Shown here in pieces: positions 1 to 13,100 of a stretch of DNA of 64,000 bases. The notes below the pieces were generated by a model, which was not told the DNA's origin, did no database searches, and saw only the letters and a list, made by a program, of their open reading frames with translations. Origin of the DNA: the human T2T-CHM13v2.0 reference genome, Homo sapiens; assembly GCF_009914755.1 (NCBI RefSeq), contig NC_060948.1. One strand, 5' to 3'. Positions within the stretch are counted from its first letter, which is position 1. Every line of letters begins with the position of its first letter. Position numbers and translations under genes: made by a program.

Positions 1-38
1 AATGGATTCAAAAGGAATGGAATCGTACGGAATGGAAT

Positions 39-3000
39 CTAATGGAATGGAATTAAATGGAAATGAATCAAATTGAATAGCACGGAATTGAATTGAATGG
101 AATCGAATGCAATGGAATCTAATGAAACGGAAAGGAAAGGAATGGAATGGAATGGAATGGGCTGGAATGGAAAGGAATCGAAACGAATGGAATGGAATCG
201 AACTGAAGAGACTGGAATGGAATGCACTGGAATGGAAGGGAGTGTAATGGAAGGTTCTCGACAAAAATGGAATCGAATGGAATGGAATTGAATGGAACGG
301 AATAGAGTGGAATGGAATTGAATGGAATGGAATGGACTAGAGTGAAATGGAATCGAACCACAAGGAATGGACAGGAATAGAATGGTCTCGAATTGAATGG
401 AATCGTATGGAATGGCATCAAACGGAATGGAATGGACAGCCACGGAATGGAATGCACTCGAATGCAATGGAGTCGAAACTAATGGACTGGAATAGAATGG
501 ACTCGACTGGTACGGACTCCAATGGAATGGAATCGAATGGAAGGGAATCGAACGGAATGGACTCGAAGGGAAAAGACTGCAATGGAAAGGTCTCGAATGG
601 AATGGAAATTAATGGAATGGAATGGAATCGAATGAAATGGAGTCAAAAGGAATGGAATCGAATGGCAAGAAATCGAATGTAATGGAATCGCAAGGAATTG
701 ATGTGAACGGAACGGAATGGAATGGAATCCAAAGGAATGGAATAGAATGGAATGGAATCGAATGGAAAGGACTCGAATGGAAATCACTCGAATAGAATGC
801 AATTTAATAAAATAGGATCAAATGTAATGGAATGGAATGGAAAGGAATCGAAACGAAAGGAATGGAGACAGATGGAATGGAATGGAACAGAGAGCAATGG
901 TATAGAATGGAATGGAATCATCTGGAATGGAATTGAATGGAATGGAATAATATGAAATGGAATGGAATGGAATGGAATGTCCTTGAATTAAATGGACTGG
1001 AATGGAATGGACTCGAACAGAGTGGAATGGAAAGTGTTGAAATAGAATGGAATGGACTCCTTTGGAATGGTCTAGTATGCAATGCAATCGACTGGCAGGG
1101 AATCAAAAGGAATGTAATCGAATGGATTGGACTGGAATGCAATGGACTCGAATAGATTGGAAACGGAAAGCAAAGGAATGGAATGGAATAGTATGGAATG
1201 GAATGGAAAGGAATGGAGTGGAATAGACTAGAGTGGAATGGAATGGACTCGAAAGCAATGGACTGGAATGGAACTTTCTTGAATGGACTGGAATCAAACG
1301 GAATGGAATGCAATGCAATCAAATGGCATGGAATAAAATAGAATGAAAGAGAATCAAATGGAATTGAATCGAATGGAATCGAATGGATTGCAAAGGAATA
1401 GAATGGAATGGAATGGAATTGACTCAAATGGAATGGACTATAATGGAATGGATTCGAATGGAAGGCAAAGGAATGGAATCTATTGGAATGGACTGTAATG
1501 GAATGGAATGGAAGGGATTGGAATGGACTCGAATGGAATGGACTGCAATAGAAAGGATTCGAATGGAATGAAAAAGAATTGAATGGAATAGAACAGAATG
1601 GAATCAAATCGAATGAAATGGAATGGAATAGAAAGGAATGGAATGAAATGGAATGGAAAGGATTCGAATGGAATGCAATCGAATGGAATGGAATCGAACG
1701 GAATGGAATAAAATGGAAGAAAACTGGCAAGAAATGGAATCGAAATGAATGGAGTGTTATGGAACGGACTCAAAAGGAATTGAATGTAATAGAATGGAGT
1801 GGAGTGGACTCGAATATAATGGACTGGAATGGAATGAAATCACATGGAATGGGAACGAATGGAATGGAATGGAAAGGAATGGAATCGAATGGAAAGGAAT
1901 TGAATGAAAGGGAATGAAATTGAATCAACAGGAATGGAAGGGAATAGAATAAACGGTAATGGAATGGACTCGAATAGAATGGACACGAATGCTCAAATTG
2001 AATGGACTCGAATGGAATGGAAACGAAAGGAATGTCATCGAATGGAATTGAATCGATTGGAATGAAATCGCATAGAATGGAGTGGAATGAAATGGAATTG
2101 AATCGAAAGGAAAGGAAGCGAATGCACTGAAATGAAATGGAATGGAATTGAATGGAAAGTAATGCAATGGAATAGAATGGAACGAAATTTCACGGAATGG
2201 AATCAAACTGAATGGAATCAAATCAATGGAATATAATCAAATGGAATGGAAAGGAATTGAATGGAGTAGATTGGATTGGATGGGATTGGAATGAAATGTA
2301 CTGGAAAGGACTCGAATTTCATGAAAAGGAATAGAATGAATTGGAACGGAATGGATTCGAATGGAATGGAATGTCATGGAATGGCATCAACTGGAATGGC
2401 ATCAAATGGAATGGAATCGAATGCAATGGAATGCTATGGAATGGAATGGAATGCATTGGAATGGAATGTCCTCTAATGGAATGGATTTGAGTGGAATGGA
2501 ATCGAATATAATGGAGTCGAATGAAATGGAATTGAAAAGAATGGGATCGAATAGAATGGAATATACTGGAATGTAATGTAATGAACTCGAATGTAATTGA
2601 CTGGAATGGAATGTACATGAATGGAATGTAATCGAATGGAAAGTAATCCAATGGAATAGAATCTAATGCAATAAAATCGACTCAGATAGAGTAGAATGTA
2701 AAGGAATGGAGTGCAGTGCAATGGAATGGAATGGAATGGAATGCAATGGAATGGAATGGAATGGAATGGAATGGAATGGGATGGGATGGAATGGTATGGA
2801 ATGGATAGTAATGGACTGGAGTGAAATGGACTGGAAAGGAGTGGACTCAAATTGAAAGGGCTCGAAAGGAATGGAGTCAAATGGAATGGTCTGGAATGGA
2901 ATGAACGCGAATGTAATGCAATCCAATAGAATGGAATCGAATGGCATGGAATATAAAGAAATGGAATCGAAGAGAATGGAAACAAATGGAATGGAATTGA

Positions 3001-3592
3001 ATGGAATGGAATTGAATGGAATGGGAACGAATGGAGTGAAATTGTATGCAGTAGAGGAGAATAGAATGGAATGCAAGCGAAAGGAAAGGAATGGATTGGA
3101 ATGGAATGGAATTCATTGGAATGGAAGGGAATGTAGTGTAATGGACAGGCCTGGAATAAAGTGGAATGCTACGGTCTCGAATGGAATAAAAATGTATGGA
3201 ATGGAATGCAATGAAACGGAATCGAATGTCATAGAATGTAATGGAATGCAAAAAAATGGAATCCAAAATCATTGACTGGAAAGGCTGGGTGTCGAAAGGA
3301 ATTGACTCCAATGGAATGGAATCGAATGGAATGGAAGTGAATAGAATCGAACTAAATCGAATGGAATGGAATTGATAGGAACGGAATGGAAAGGAATGCA
3401 ATGATTTGGCATGGAATGGAATCGAATGGCATCGAATGGAATGGAATGGAATGCAATGGAATGGAATGTATTAGAATGTAATGAACATTAATGGAATGTA
3501 CTCGAATGGATTCGACTGGAATGGAATGTCCTGGAAGTGAATGGACTCCAATGGAATGGATTCAAAAGGAATGGAATCGTACGGAATGGAAT
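39..3592 (+). repeat. Representative complete DYZ1-type repeat unit (U1, 3554 bp; phase chosen arbitrarily)
   Basis: Unique landmarks (gaaccacaagg, aatttaataaaatagg, gaactttcttgaa, gtcctctaa, acaggcctgg, ggctgggtgtcg) each occur once and reappear in the same order about 3.55 kb later. Confidence 0.95.
1270..1284. promoter_or_regulatory. Canonical three-pentamer heat shock element motif (gGAActTTCttGAAt), present in all 18 units
   Basis: Exact match to nGAAnnTTCnnGAAn, recurring at the homologous position in each unit (e.g. 4824-4838). The motif is seen directly; binding is not shown. Confidence 0.55.
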
Positions 3593-3802
3593 CTAATGGA
3601 ATGGAATTAAATGGAAATGAATCAAATTGAATAGCACGGAATTGAATTGAATGGAATGGAATGCAATGGAATCTAATGAAACGGAAAGGAAAGGAATGGA
3701 ATGGAATGGAATGGGCTGGACTGGAAAGGAATCGAAACGAATGGAATGGAATCGAACTGAAGAGACTGGAATGGAATGCACTGGAATGGAAGGGAGTGTA
3801 AT

Positions 3803-3817
3803 GGAAGGTTCTCGAAA
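3803..3817. promoter_or_regulatory. Heat shock element motif (gGAAggTTCtcGAAa), perfect only in U2-U6
   Basis: nGAAnnTTCnnGAAn match. The third pentamer reads GAC in U1 and U7-U18. Confidence 0.45.
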
Positions 3818-6800
3818 AAAATGGAATCGAATGGAATGGAATTGAATGGAACGGAATAGAGTCGAATGGAATTGAGTGGAATGGAATGGACTAGAGTGAA
3901 ATGGAATCGAACCACAAGGAATGGACAGGAATAGAATGGTCTCGAATTGAATGGAATCGTATGGAATGGCATCAAACGGAATGGAATGGACAGCCACGGA
4001 ATGGAATGCACTCGAATGCAATGGAGTCGAAACTAGTGGACTGGAATAGAATGGACTCGACTGGTACGGACTCCAATGGAATGGAATCGAATGGAAGTTA
4101 ATCGAACGGAATGGACTCGAAGGGAAAAGACTGCAATGGAAAGGTCTCGAATGGAATGGAAATTAATGGAATGGAATGGAATCGAATGAAATGGAGTCAA
4201 AAGGAATGGAATGGAATGGCAAGAAATCGAATGTAATGGAATCGCAAGGAATTGATGTGAATGGAACGGAATGGAATGGAATCCAAAGGAATGGAATAGA
4301 ATGGAATGGAATCGAATGGAAAGGACTCGAATGGAAATCACTCGAATAGAATGCAATTTAATAAAATAGGATCAAATGTAATGGAATGGAAAGGAAAGGA
4401 ATCGAAACGAAAGGAATGGAGACAGATGGAATGGAATGGAACAGAGAGCAATGGTATAGAATGGAATGGAATCATCTGGAATGGAATTGAATGGAATGGA
4501 ATAATATGAAATGGAATGGAATGGAATGGAATGCAATTGAATTAAATGGACTGGAATGGAATGGACTCGAACAGAGTGGAATGGAAAGTGTTGAGATAGA
4601 ATGGAATGGACTCCTTTGGAATGGTCTAGTATGCAATGCAATCGACTGGCAGGGAATCAAAAGGAATGTAATGGAATGGATTGGACTGGAATGCAATGGA
4701 CTCGAATAGATTGGAAACGGAATGCAAAGGAATGGAATTGAATAGTATGGAATGGAATGGAAAGGAATGGAGTGGAATAGACTAGAGTGGAATGGAATGG
4801 ACTCGAAAGCAATGGACTGGAATGGAACTTTCTTGAATGGACTGGAATCAAACGGAATGGAATGCAATGCAATCAAATGGCATGGAATAAAATAGAATGA
4901 AAGAGAATCAAATGGAATTGTATCGAATGGAATCGAATGGATTGGAAAGGAATAGAATGGAATGGAATGGAATTGACTCAAATGGAATGGACTAGAATGG
5001 AATGGATTCGAATGGAAGGCAAAGGAATGGAATCTATTGGAATGGACTGTAATGGAATGGAATGGAAGGGATTGGAATGGACTCGAATGGAATGGACTGC
5101 AATAGAAAGGATTCGAATGGAATGAAATAGAATTGAATGGAATAGAACAGAATGGAATCAAATCGAATGAAATGGAATGGAATAGAAAGGAATGGAATGA
5201 AATGGAATGGAAAGGATTCGAATGGAATGCAATCGAATGGAATGCAATCGAATGGAATGGAATCGAACGGAATGGAATAAAATGGAAGAAAACTGGCAAG
5301 AAATGGAATCGAAATGAATGGAGTGTTATGGAACGGACTCAAAAGGAATTGAATGTAATAGAATGGAGTGGAGTGGACTCGAATATAATGGACTGGAATG
5401 GAATGAAATCACATGGAATGGGAACGAATGGAATGGAATGGAAAGGAATGGAATCGAATGGAAAGGAATCGAATGGAAGGGAATGAAATTGAATCAACAG
5501 GAATGGAAGGGAATAGAATAGACGGTAATGGAATGGACTCGAATAGAATGGACACGTATGCTCAAATTGAATGGACTCGAATGGAATGGAAACGAAAGGA
5601 ATGTCATCGAATGGAATTGAATCGATTGGAATGAAATCGCATAGAATGGAGTGGAATCAAATGGAATTGAATCGAAAGGAAAGGAAGCGAATGGACTGAA
5701 ATGAAATGGAATGGAATTGAATGGAAAGTAATGCAATGGAATAGAATGGAACGAAATTTCACGGAATGGAATCAAACTGAATGGAATCAAATCAAAGGAA
5801 TATAATCAAATGGAATGGAAAGGAATTGAATGGAGTAGATTGGATTGGATGGGGTTGGAATGAAATGTACTGGAAAGGACTCGAATTTCATGAAACGGAA
5901 TGGAATGAATTGGAACGGAATGGACTCGAATGGAATGGAATGTCATGGAATGGCATCAAATGGAATGGCATCAAATGGAATGGAATCGAATGCAATGGAG
6001 TGCTATGGAATGGAATGGAATGGAATGCATTGGAATGGAATGTCCTCTAATGGAATGGATTCGAGTGGAATGGAATCGAATATAATGGAGTCGAATGAAA
6101 TGGAATTGAAAGGAATGGGATCGAATACAATGGAATATACTGGAATGTAATGTAATGAACTCGAATGTAATTGACTGGAATGGAATGTACATGAATGGAA
6201 TGTAATCGAATGGAAAGTAATCCAATGGAATAGAATCTAACGCAATAAAATCGACTCAGATAGAGTAGAATGTAATGGAATGGAGTGCAGTGCAATGGAA
6301 TGGAATGGAATGGAATGCAATGGAATGGAATGGAATGGAATGGAATGGGATGGAATGGTATGGAATGGATAGTAATGGACTGGAGTGAAATGGACTGGAA
6401 AGGAATGGAATCAAATTGAAAGGGCTCGAAAGGAATGGAGTCAAATGGAATGGTCTGGAATGGAATGAACACGAATGTAATGCAATCCAATAGAATGGAA
6501 TCGAATGGCATGGAATATAAAGAAATGGAATCGAAGAGAATGGAAACAAATGGAATGGAATTGAATGGAATGGAATTGAATGGAATGGGAACGAATGGAG
6601 TGAAATTGTATGCAGTAGAAGGGAATAGAATGGAATGCAAGCGAAAGGAAAGGAATGGATTGGAATGGAATGGAATTCATTGGAATGGAAGGGAATGTAG
6701 TGTAATGGACAGGCCTGGAATAAACTGGAATGCTACGGTCTCGAATGGAATAAAAATGTATGGAATGGAATGCAATGAAACGGAATCGAATGTCATAGAA

Positions 6801-7085
6801 TGTAATGGAATGCAAAAAATGGAATCCAAAATCATTGACTGGAAAGGCTGGGTGTCGAAAGGAATTGACTCCAATGGAATGGAATCGAATGGAATGGAAG
6901 TGAATAGAATCGAACTAAATCGAATGGAATGGAATTGATAGGAACGGAATGGAAAGGAATGCAATGATTTGGCATGGAATGGAATCGAATGGCATCGAAT
7001 GGAATGGAATGGAATGCAATGGAATGGAATGTATTAGAATGTAATGAACATTAATGGAATGTACTCGAATGGATTCGACTGGAAT

Positions 7086-7100
7086 GGAATGTTCTGGAAG
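7086..7100. promoter_or_regulatory. Heat shock element motif (gGAAtgTTCtgGAAg), intact in 14 of 18 units
   Basis: nGAAnnTTCnnGAAn match. It is broken to TCC at the end of U1 (~3530) and to TTG at the ends of U11, U15 and U18 (~39058, ~53278, ~63924). Confidence 0.5.
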
Positions 7101-10100
7101 TGAATGGACTCCAATGGAATGGATTCGAAAGGAATGGAATCGAACGGAATGGAATCTAATGGAATGGAATTAAATGGAAATGAATCAAATTGAATAGCAC
7201 GGAATTGAATTGAATGGAATGGAATTCAATGGAATCTAATGAAACGGAAAGGAAAGGAATGGAATGGAATGGAATGGGCTGGAATGGAAAGGAATCGAAA
7301 CGAATGGAATGGAATCGAACTGAAGAGACTGGAATGGAATGCACTGGAATGGAAGGGAGTGTAATGGAAGGTTCTCGAAAAAAATGGAATCAAATGGAAT
7401 GGAATTGAATGGAACGGAATAGAGTCGAATGGAATTGAATGGAATGGAATGGACTAGAGTGAAATGGAATCGAACCACAAGGAATGGACAGGAATAGAAT
7501 GGTCTCGAATTGAATGGAATCGTATGGAATGGCATCAAACGGAATGGAATGGAAAGCCACGGAATGGAATGCACTCGAATGCAATGGAGTCGAAAGTAGT
7601 GGACTGGAATAGAATGGACTTGACTGGTACGGACTCCAATGGAATGGAATCGAATATAAGGGAATCGAACGGAATGGACTCGAAGGGAAAAGACTGCAAT
7701 GGAAAGGTCTCGAATGGAATGGAAATTAATGGAATGGAATGGAATCGAATGAAATGGAGTCAAAAGGAATGGAATGGAATGGTAAGAAATCGAATGTAAT
7801 GGAATCGCAAGGAATTGATGTGAACGGAACGGAATGGAATGGAATCCAAAGGAATGGAATAGAATGGAATGGAATCGAATGGAAAGGACTCGAATGGAAA
7901 TCACTCGAATAGAATGCAATTTAATAAAATAGGATCAAATGTAATGGAATGGAATGGAAAGGAATCGAAACGAAAGGAATGGAGACAGATGGAATGGAAT
8001 GGAACAGAGAGCAATGGTATAGAATGGAATGGAATCATCTGGAATGGAATTGAATGGAATGGAATAATATGAAATGGAATGGAATGGAATGGAATGCCCT
8101 TGAATTAAATGGACTGGAATGGAATGGACTCGAACAGAGTGGAATGGAAAGTGTTGAAATAGAATGGAATGGACTCCTTTGGAATGGTCTAGTATGCAAT
8201 GCAATCGACTGGCAGGGAATCAAAAGGAATGTAATGGAATGGATTGGACTAGAATGCAATGGACTCGCATAGATTGGAAACGGAATGCAAAGGAATGGTA
8301 TGGAATAGTATGGAATGGAATGGAAAGGAATGGAGTGGAATAGACTAGAGTGGAATGGAATGGACTCAAAAGCAATGGACTGGGATGGAACTTTCTTGAA
8401 TGGACTGGAATCAAACGGAATGGAATGCAATGCAATCAAATGGCATGGAATAAAATAGAATGAAAGAGAATCAAATGGAGTTGAATCGAATGGAATCGAA
8501 TGGATTGGAAAGGAATAGAATGGAATGGAATGGAATTGACTCAAATGGAATGGACTAGAATGGAATGGATTCGAATGGAAGGCAAAGGAATGGAATCTAT
8601 TGGAATGGACTGTAATGGAATGGAATGGAAGGGATTGGAATGGACTCGAATGGAATGGACTGCAATAGAAAGGATTCGAATGGAATGAAAAAGAATTGAA
8701 TGGAATAGAACAGAATGGAATCAAATCGAATGAAATGGAATGGAATAGAAAGGAATGGAATGAAATGGAATGGAAAGGATTCGAATGGAATGCAATCGAA
8801 TGGAATGGAATCGAACGGAATGGAATAAAATGGAAGAAAACTGGCAAGAAATGGAATCGAAATGAATGGAGTGTTATGGAACGGACTCAAAAGGAATTGA
8901 ATGTAATAGAAAGGAGTGGAGCGGACTCGAATATAATGGACTGGAATGGAATGAAATCACATGGAATGGGAACGAATGGAATGGAATGGAAAGGAATGGA
9001 ATCGAATGGAAAGGAATCGAATGGAAGGGAATGAAATTGAATCAACAGGAATGGAAGGGAATAGAATAGACGGTAATGGAATGGACTCGAATAGAATGGA
9101 CACGAATGCTCAAATTGAATGGACTCGAATGGAATGGAAACCAAAGGAATGTCATCGAATGGAATTGAATCGATTGGAATGAAATCGCATAGAATGGAGT
9201 GGAATCAAATGGAATTGAATCGAAAGGAAAGGAAGCGAATGGACTGAAATGAAATGGAATGGAATTGAATGGAAAGTAATGCAATGGAATAGAATGGAAC
9301 GAAATTTCACGGAATGGAATCAAACTGAATGGAATCAAATTAATGGAATATAATCAAATGGAATGGAAAGGAATTGAATGGAGTAGATTGGATTGGATGG
9401 GATTGGAATGAAATGTACTGGAAAGGACTCGAATTTCATGAAACGGAATGGAACGAATTGGAACGGAATGGACTCGAATGGAATGGAAGGTCATGGAATG
9501 GCATCAAATGGAATGGCATCAAATGGAATGGAATCGAATGCAATGGAATGCTATGGAATGGAATGGAATGCATTGGAATGGAATGTCCTCTAATGTAATG
9601 GATTCGAGTGGAATGGAATCGAATATAATGGAGTCGAATGAAATGGAATTGAAAGGAATGGGATCGAATACAATGGAATATAATGGAATGTAACGTAATG
9701 AACTCGAATGTAATTGACTGGAATGGAATGTACATGAATGGAATGTAATCGAATGGAAAGTAATCCAATGGAATAGAATCTAATGCAATAAAATCGACTC
9801 AAATAGAATAGAATGTAATGGAATGGAGTGCAGTGCAATGGAATGGAATGGAATGGAATGCAATGGAATGGAATGGAATTGAACGGAATGGAATGGGATG
9901 GAATGGTATGGAATGGATAGTAATGGATTGGAGTGAAATGGACTGGAAAGGAATGGACTCAAATTGAAAGGGCTCGAAAGGAATGGAGTCAAATGGAATG
10001 GTTTGGAATGGAGTGCACAAGAATGTAATGCAATCCAATAGAATGGAATCGAATGGCATGGAATATAAAGAACTGGAATCGAAGAGAATGGAAACAAATG

Positions 10101-13100
10101 GAATGGAATTGAATGGAATGGAATTGAATGGAATGGGAACGAATGGAGTGAAATTGTATGGAGTAGAAGTGAATAGAATGGAATGCAAGCGAAAGGAAAG
10201 GAATGGATTGGAATGGAATGGAATTCATTGGAATGGAAGGGAATGTAGTGTAATGGACAGGCCTGGAATAAACTGGAATGCTACGGTCTCGAATGGAATA
10301 AAAATGTATGGAATGGAATGCAATGAAACGGAATCGAATGTCATAGAATGTAATGGAATGCAAAAAAATGGACTCCCAAATCATTGACTGGAAAGGCTGG
10401 GAGTCGAAAGGAATTGACTCCAATGGAATGGAATCGAATGGAATGGAAGTGAATAGAATCGAACTAAATCGAATGGAATGGAATTGATAGGAACGGAATG
10501 GAAAGGAATGCTATGATTTGGCATGGAATGGAATCGAATGGCATCAAATGGAATGGAATGGAATGCAATGGAATGGAATGTATTAGAATATAATGAACAT
10601 TAATGGAATGTACTCGAATGGATTCGACTGGAATGGAATGTTCTGGAAGTGAATGGACTCCAATGGAATGGATTCGAAAGGAATGGAATCGAACGGAATG
10701 GAATCTAATGGAATGGAATTAAATGGAAATGAATCAAATTGAATAGCACGGAATTGAATTGAATGGAATCGAATGCAATGGAATCTAATGAAACGGAAAG
10801 GAAAGGAATGGAATGGAATGGAATGGGCTGGAATGGAAAGGAATCGAAACGAATGGAATGGAATCGAACTGAAGAGACTGGAATGGAATGCACTGGAATG
10901 GAAGGGAGTGTAATGGAAGGTTCTCGAAAAAAATGGAATCGAATGGAATGGAATTGAATGGAACGGAATAGAGTCGAATGGAATTGAATGGAATGGAATG
11001 GACTAGAGTGAAATGGAATCGAACCACAAGGAATGGACAGGAATAGAATGGTCTCGAATTGAATGGAATCGTATGGAATGGCATCAAACGGAATGGAATG
11101 GACAGCCACGGAATGGAATGCACTCGAATGCAATGGAGTCGAAACTAGTGGACTGGAATAGAAAGGACTCGACTGTTACGGACTCCAATGGAATGGAATC
11201 GAATGGAATGGAATCGAACGGAATGGACTCGAAGGGAAAAGACTGCAATGGAAAGGTCTCGAATGGAATGGAAATTAATGGAATGGAATGGAATCGAATG
11301 AAATGGAGTCAAAAGGAATTTAATGGAATGGCAAAAAATCGAATGTAATGGAATCGCAAGGAATTGATGTGAACGGAACGGAATGGAATGGAATCCAAAG
11401 GAATGGAATAGAATGGAATGGAATCGAATAGAAAGGACTCGAATGGAAATCACTCGAATAGAATGCAATTTAATAAAATAGGATCAAATGTAATGGAATG
11501 GAATGGAAAGGAATCGAAACGAAAGGAATGGAGACAGATGGAATGGAATGGAACAGAGAGCAATGGTATAGAATGGAATGGAATCATCTGGAATGGAATT
11601 GAATGGAATGGAATAATATGAAATGGAATTGAATGGAATGGAATGCCCTTGAATTAAATGGACTGGAATGGAATGGACTCGAACAGAGTGGAATGGAAAG
11701 TATTGAGATAGAATGGAATGGACTCTTTGGAATGGTGTAGTACGCAATGCAATCGACTGGCAGGGAATCAAAAGGAATGTAATCGAATGGATTGGACTGG
11801 AATGCAATGGAATCGAATAGATTGGAAACGGAATGCAAAGGAATGGAATGGAATAGTATGGAATGGAATGGAAAGGAATGGAGTGGAATAGACTAGAGTG
11901 GAATGGAATGGATCGAAAGCAATGGACTGGAATGGAACTTTCTTGAATGGACTGGAATCAAACGGAATGGAATGCAATGCAATCAAATGGCATGGAATAA
12001 AATAGAATGAAAGAGAATCAAATGGAATTGAATCGAATGGAATCGAATGGATTGGAAAGGAATAGAATGGAATGGAATGGAATTGACTCAAATGGAATGG
12101 ACTAGAATGGAATGGATTCGAATGGAAGGCAAAGGAATGGAATCTATTGGAATGGACTGTAATGGAATGGAATGGAAGGGATTGGAATGGACTCGAATGG
12201 AATGGACTGCAATAGAAAGGATTCGAATGGAATGAAAAAGAATTGAATGGAATAGAACAGAATGGAATCAAATCGAATGAAATGGAATGGAATAGAAAGG
12301 AATGGAATGAAATGGAATGGAAAGGATTCGAATGGAATGCAATCGAATGGAATGCAATCGAATGGAATGGAATCGAACGGAATGGAATAAAATGGAAGAA
12401 AACTGGCAAGAAATGGAATCGAAATGAATGGAGTGTTATGGAACGGACTCAAAAGGAATTGAATGTAATAGAATGGAGTGGAGTGGACTCGAATATAATG
12501 GACTGGAATGGAATGAAATCACATGGAATGGGAACGAATGGAATGGAATGGAAAGGAATGGAATCGAATGGAAAGGAATCGAATGGAAGGGAATGAAATT
12601 GAATCAACAGGAATGGAAGGGAATAGAATAGACGGTAATGGAATGGACTCGAATAGAATGGACACGAATGCTGAAATTGAATGGACTCGAATGGAATGGA
12701 AACGAAAGGAATGTCATCGAATGGAATTGAATCGATTGCAATGAAATCGCATAGAATGGAGTGGAATCAAATGGAATTGAATCGAAAGGAAAGGAAGCGA
12801 ATGGACTGAAATGAAATGGAATGGAATTGAATGGAAAGTAATGCAATGGAATAGAATGGAACGAAATTTCACGGAATGGAATCAAACTGAATGGAATCAA
12901 ATCAATGGAATCTAATCAAATGGAATGGAAAGGAATTGAATGGAGTAGATTGGATTGGATGGGATTGGAATGAAATGTACTGGAAAGGACTCGAATTTCA
13001 TGAAACGGAATGGAATGAATTGGAACGGAATGGACTCGAATGGAATGGAATGTCATGGAATGGCATCAACTGGAATGGCATCAAATGGAATGGAATCGAA

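Noticed and set aside
97-682. Plus-strand MEWNG-repeat ORFs throughout the window
   Set aside because: These are the direct translation of (GGAAT)n, with an ATG every 5 bp, and are a known source of spurious predicted proteins.
800-820. AT-rich island containing AATAAA, plus several other AATAAA per unit
   Set aside because: AATAAA arises easily from GGAAT degeneration, and I saw no clear downstream GU/U-rich element. There is no support for a polyadenylation site without 3'-end RNA data.
918-1730. 270-aa minus-strand ORF (and other FHSIP-rich ORFs) recurring in most units
   Set aside because: (CATTC)n has no stop codon in any frame and translates to FHSIP repeats. Recurrence simply reflects the tandem unit. 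The ORF is frameshifted in U4, U9, U11, U15 and U18, and has no domain-like content.
2380-2415. Short internal tandem (ggcatcaaatggaat)x2
   Set aside because: This is an ordinary ancient 15-bp slippage present in all units, with no sign of separate function.
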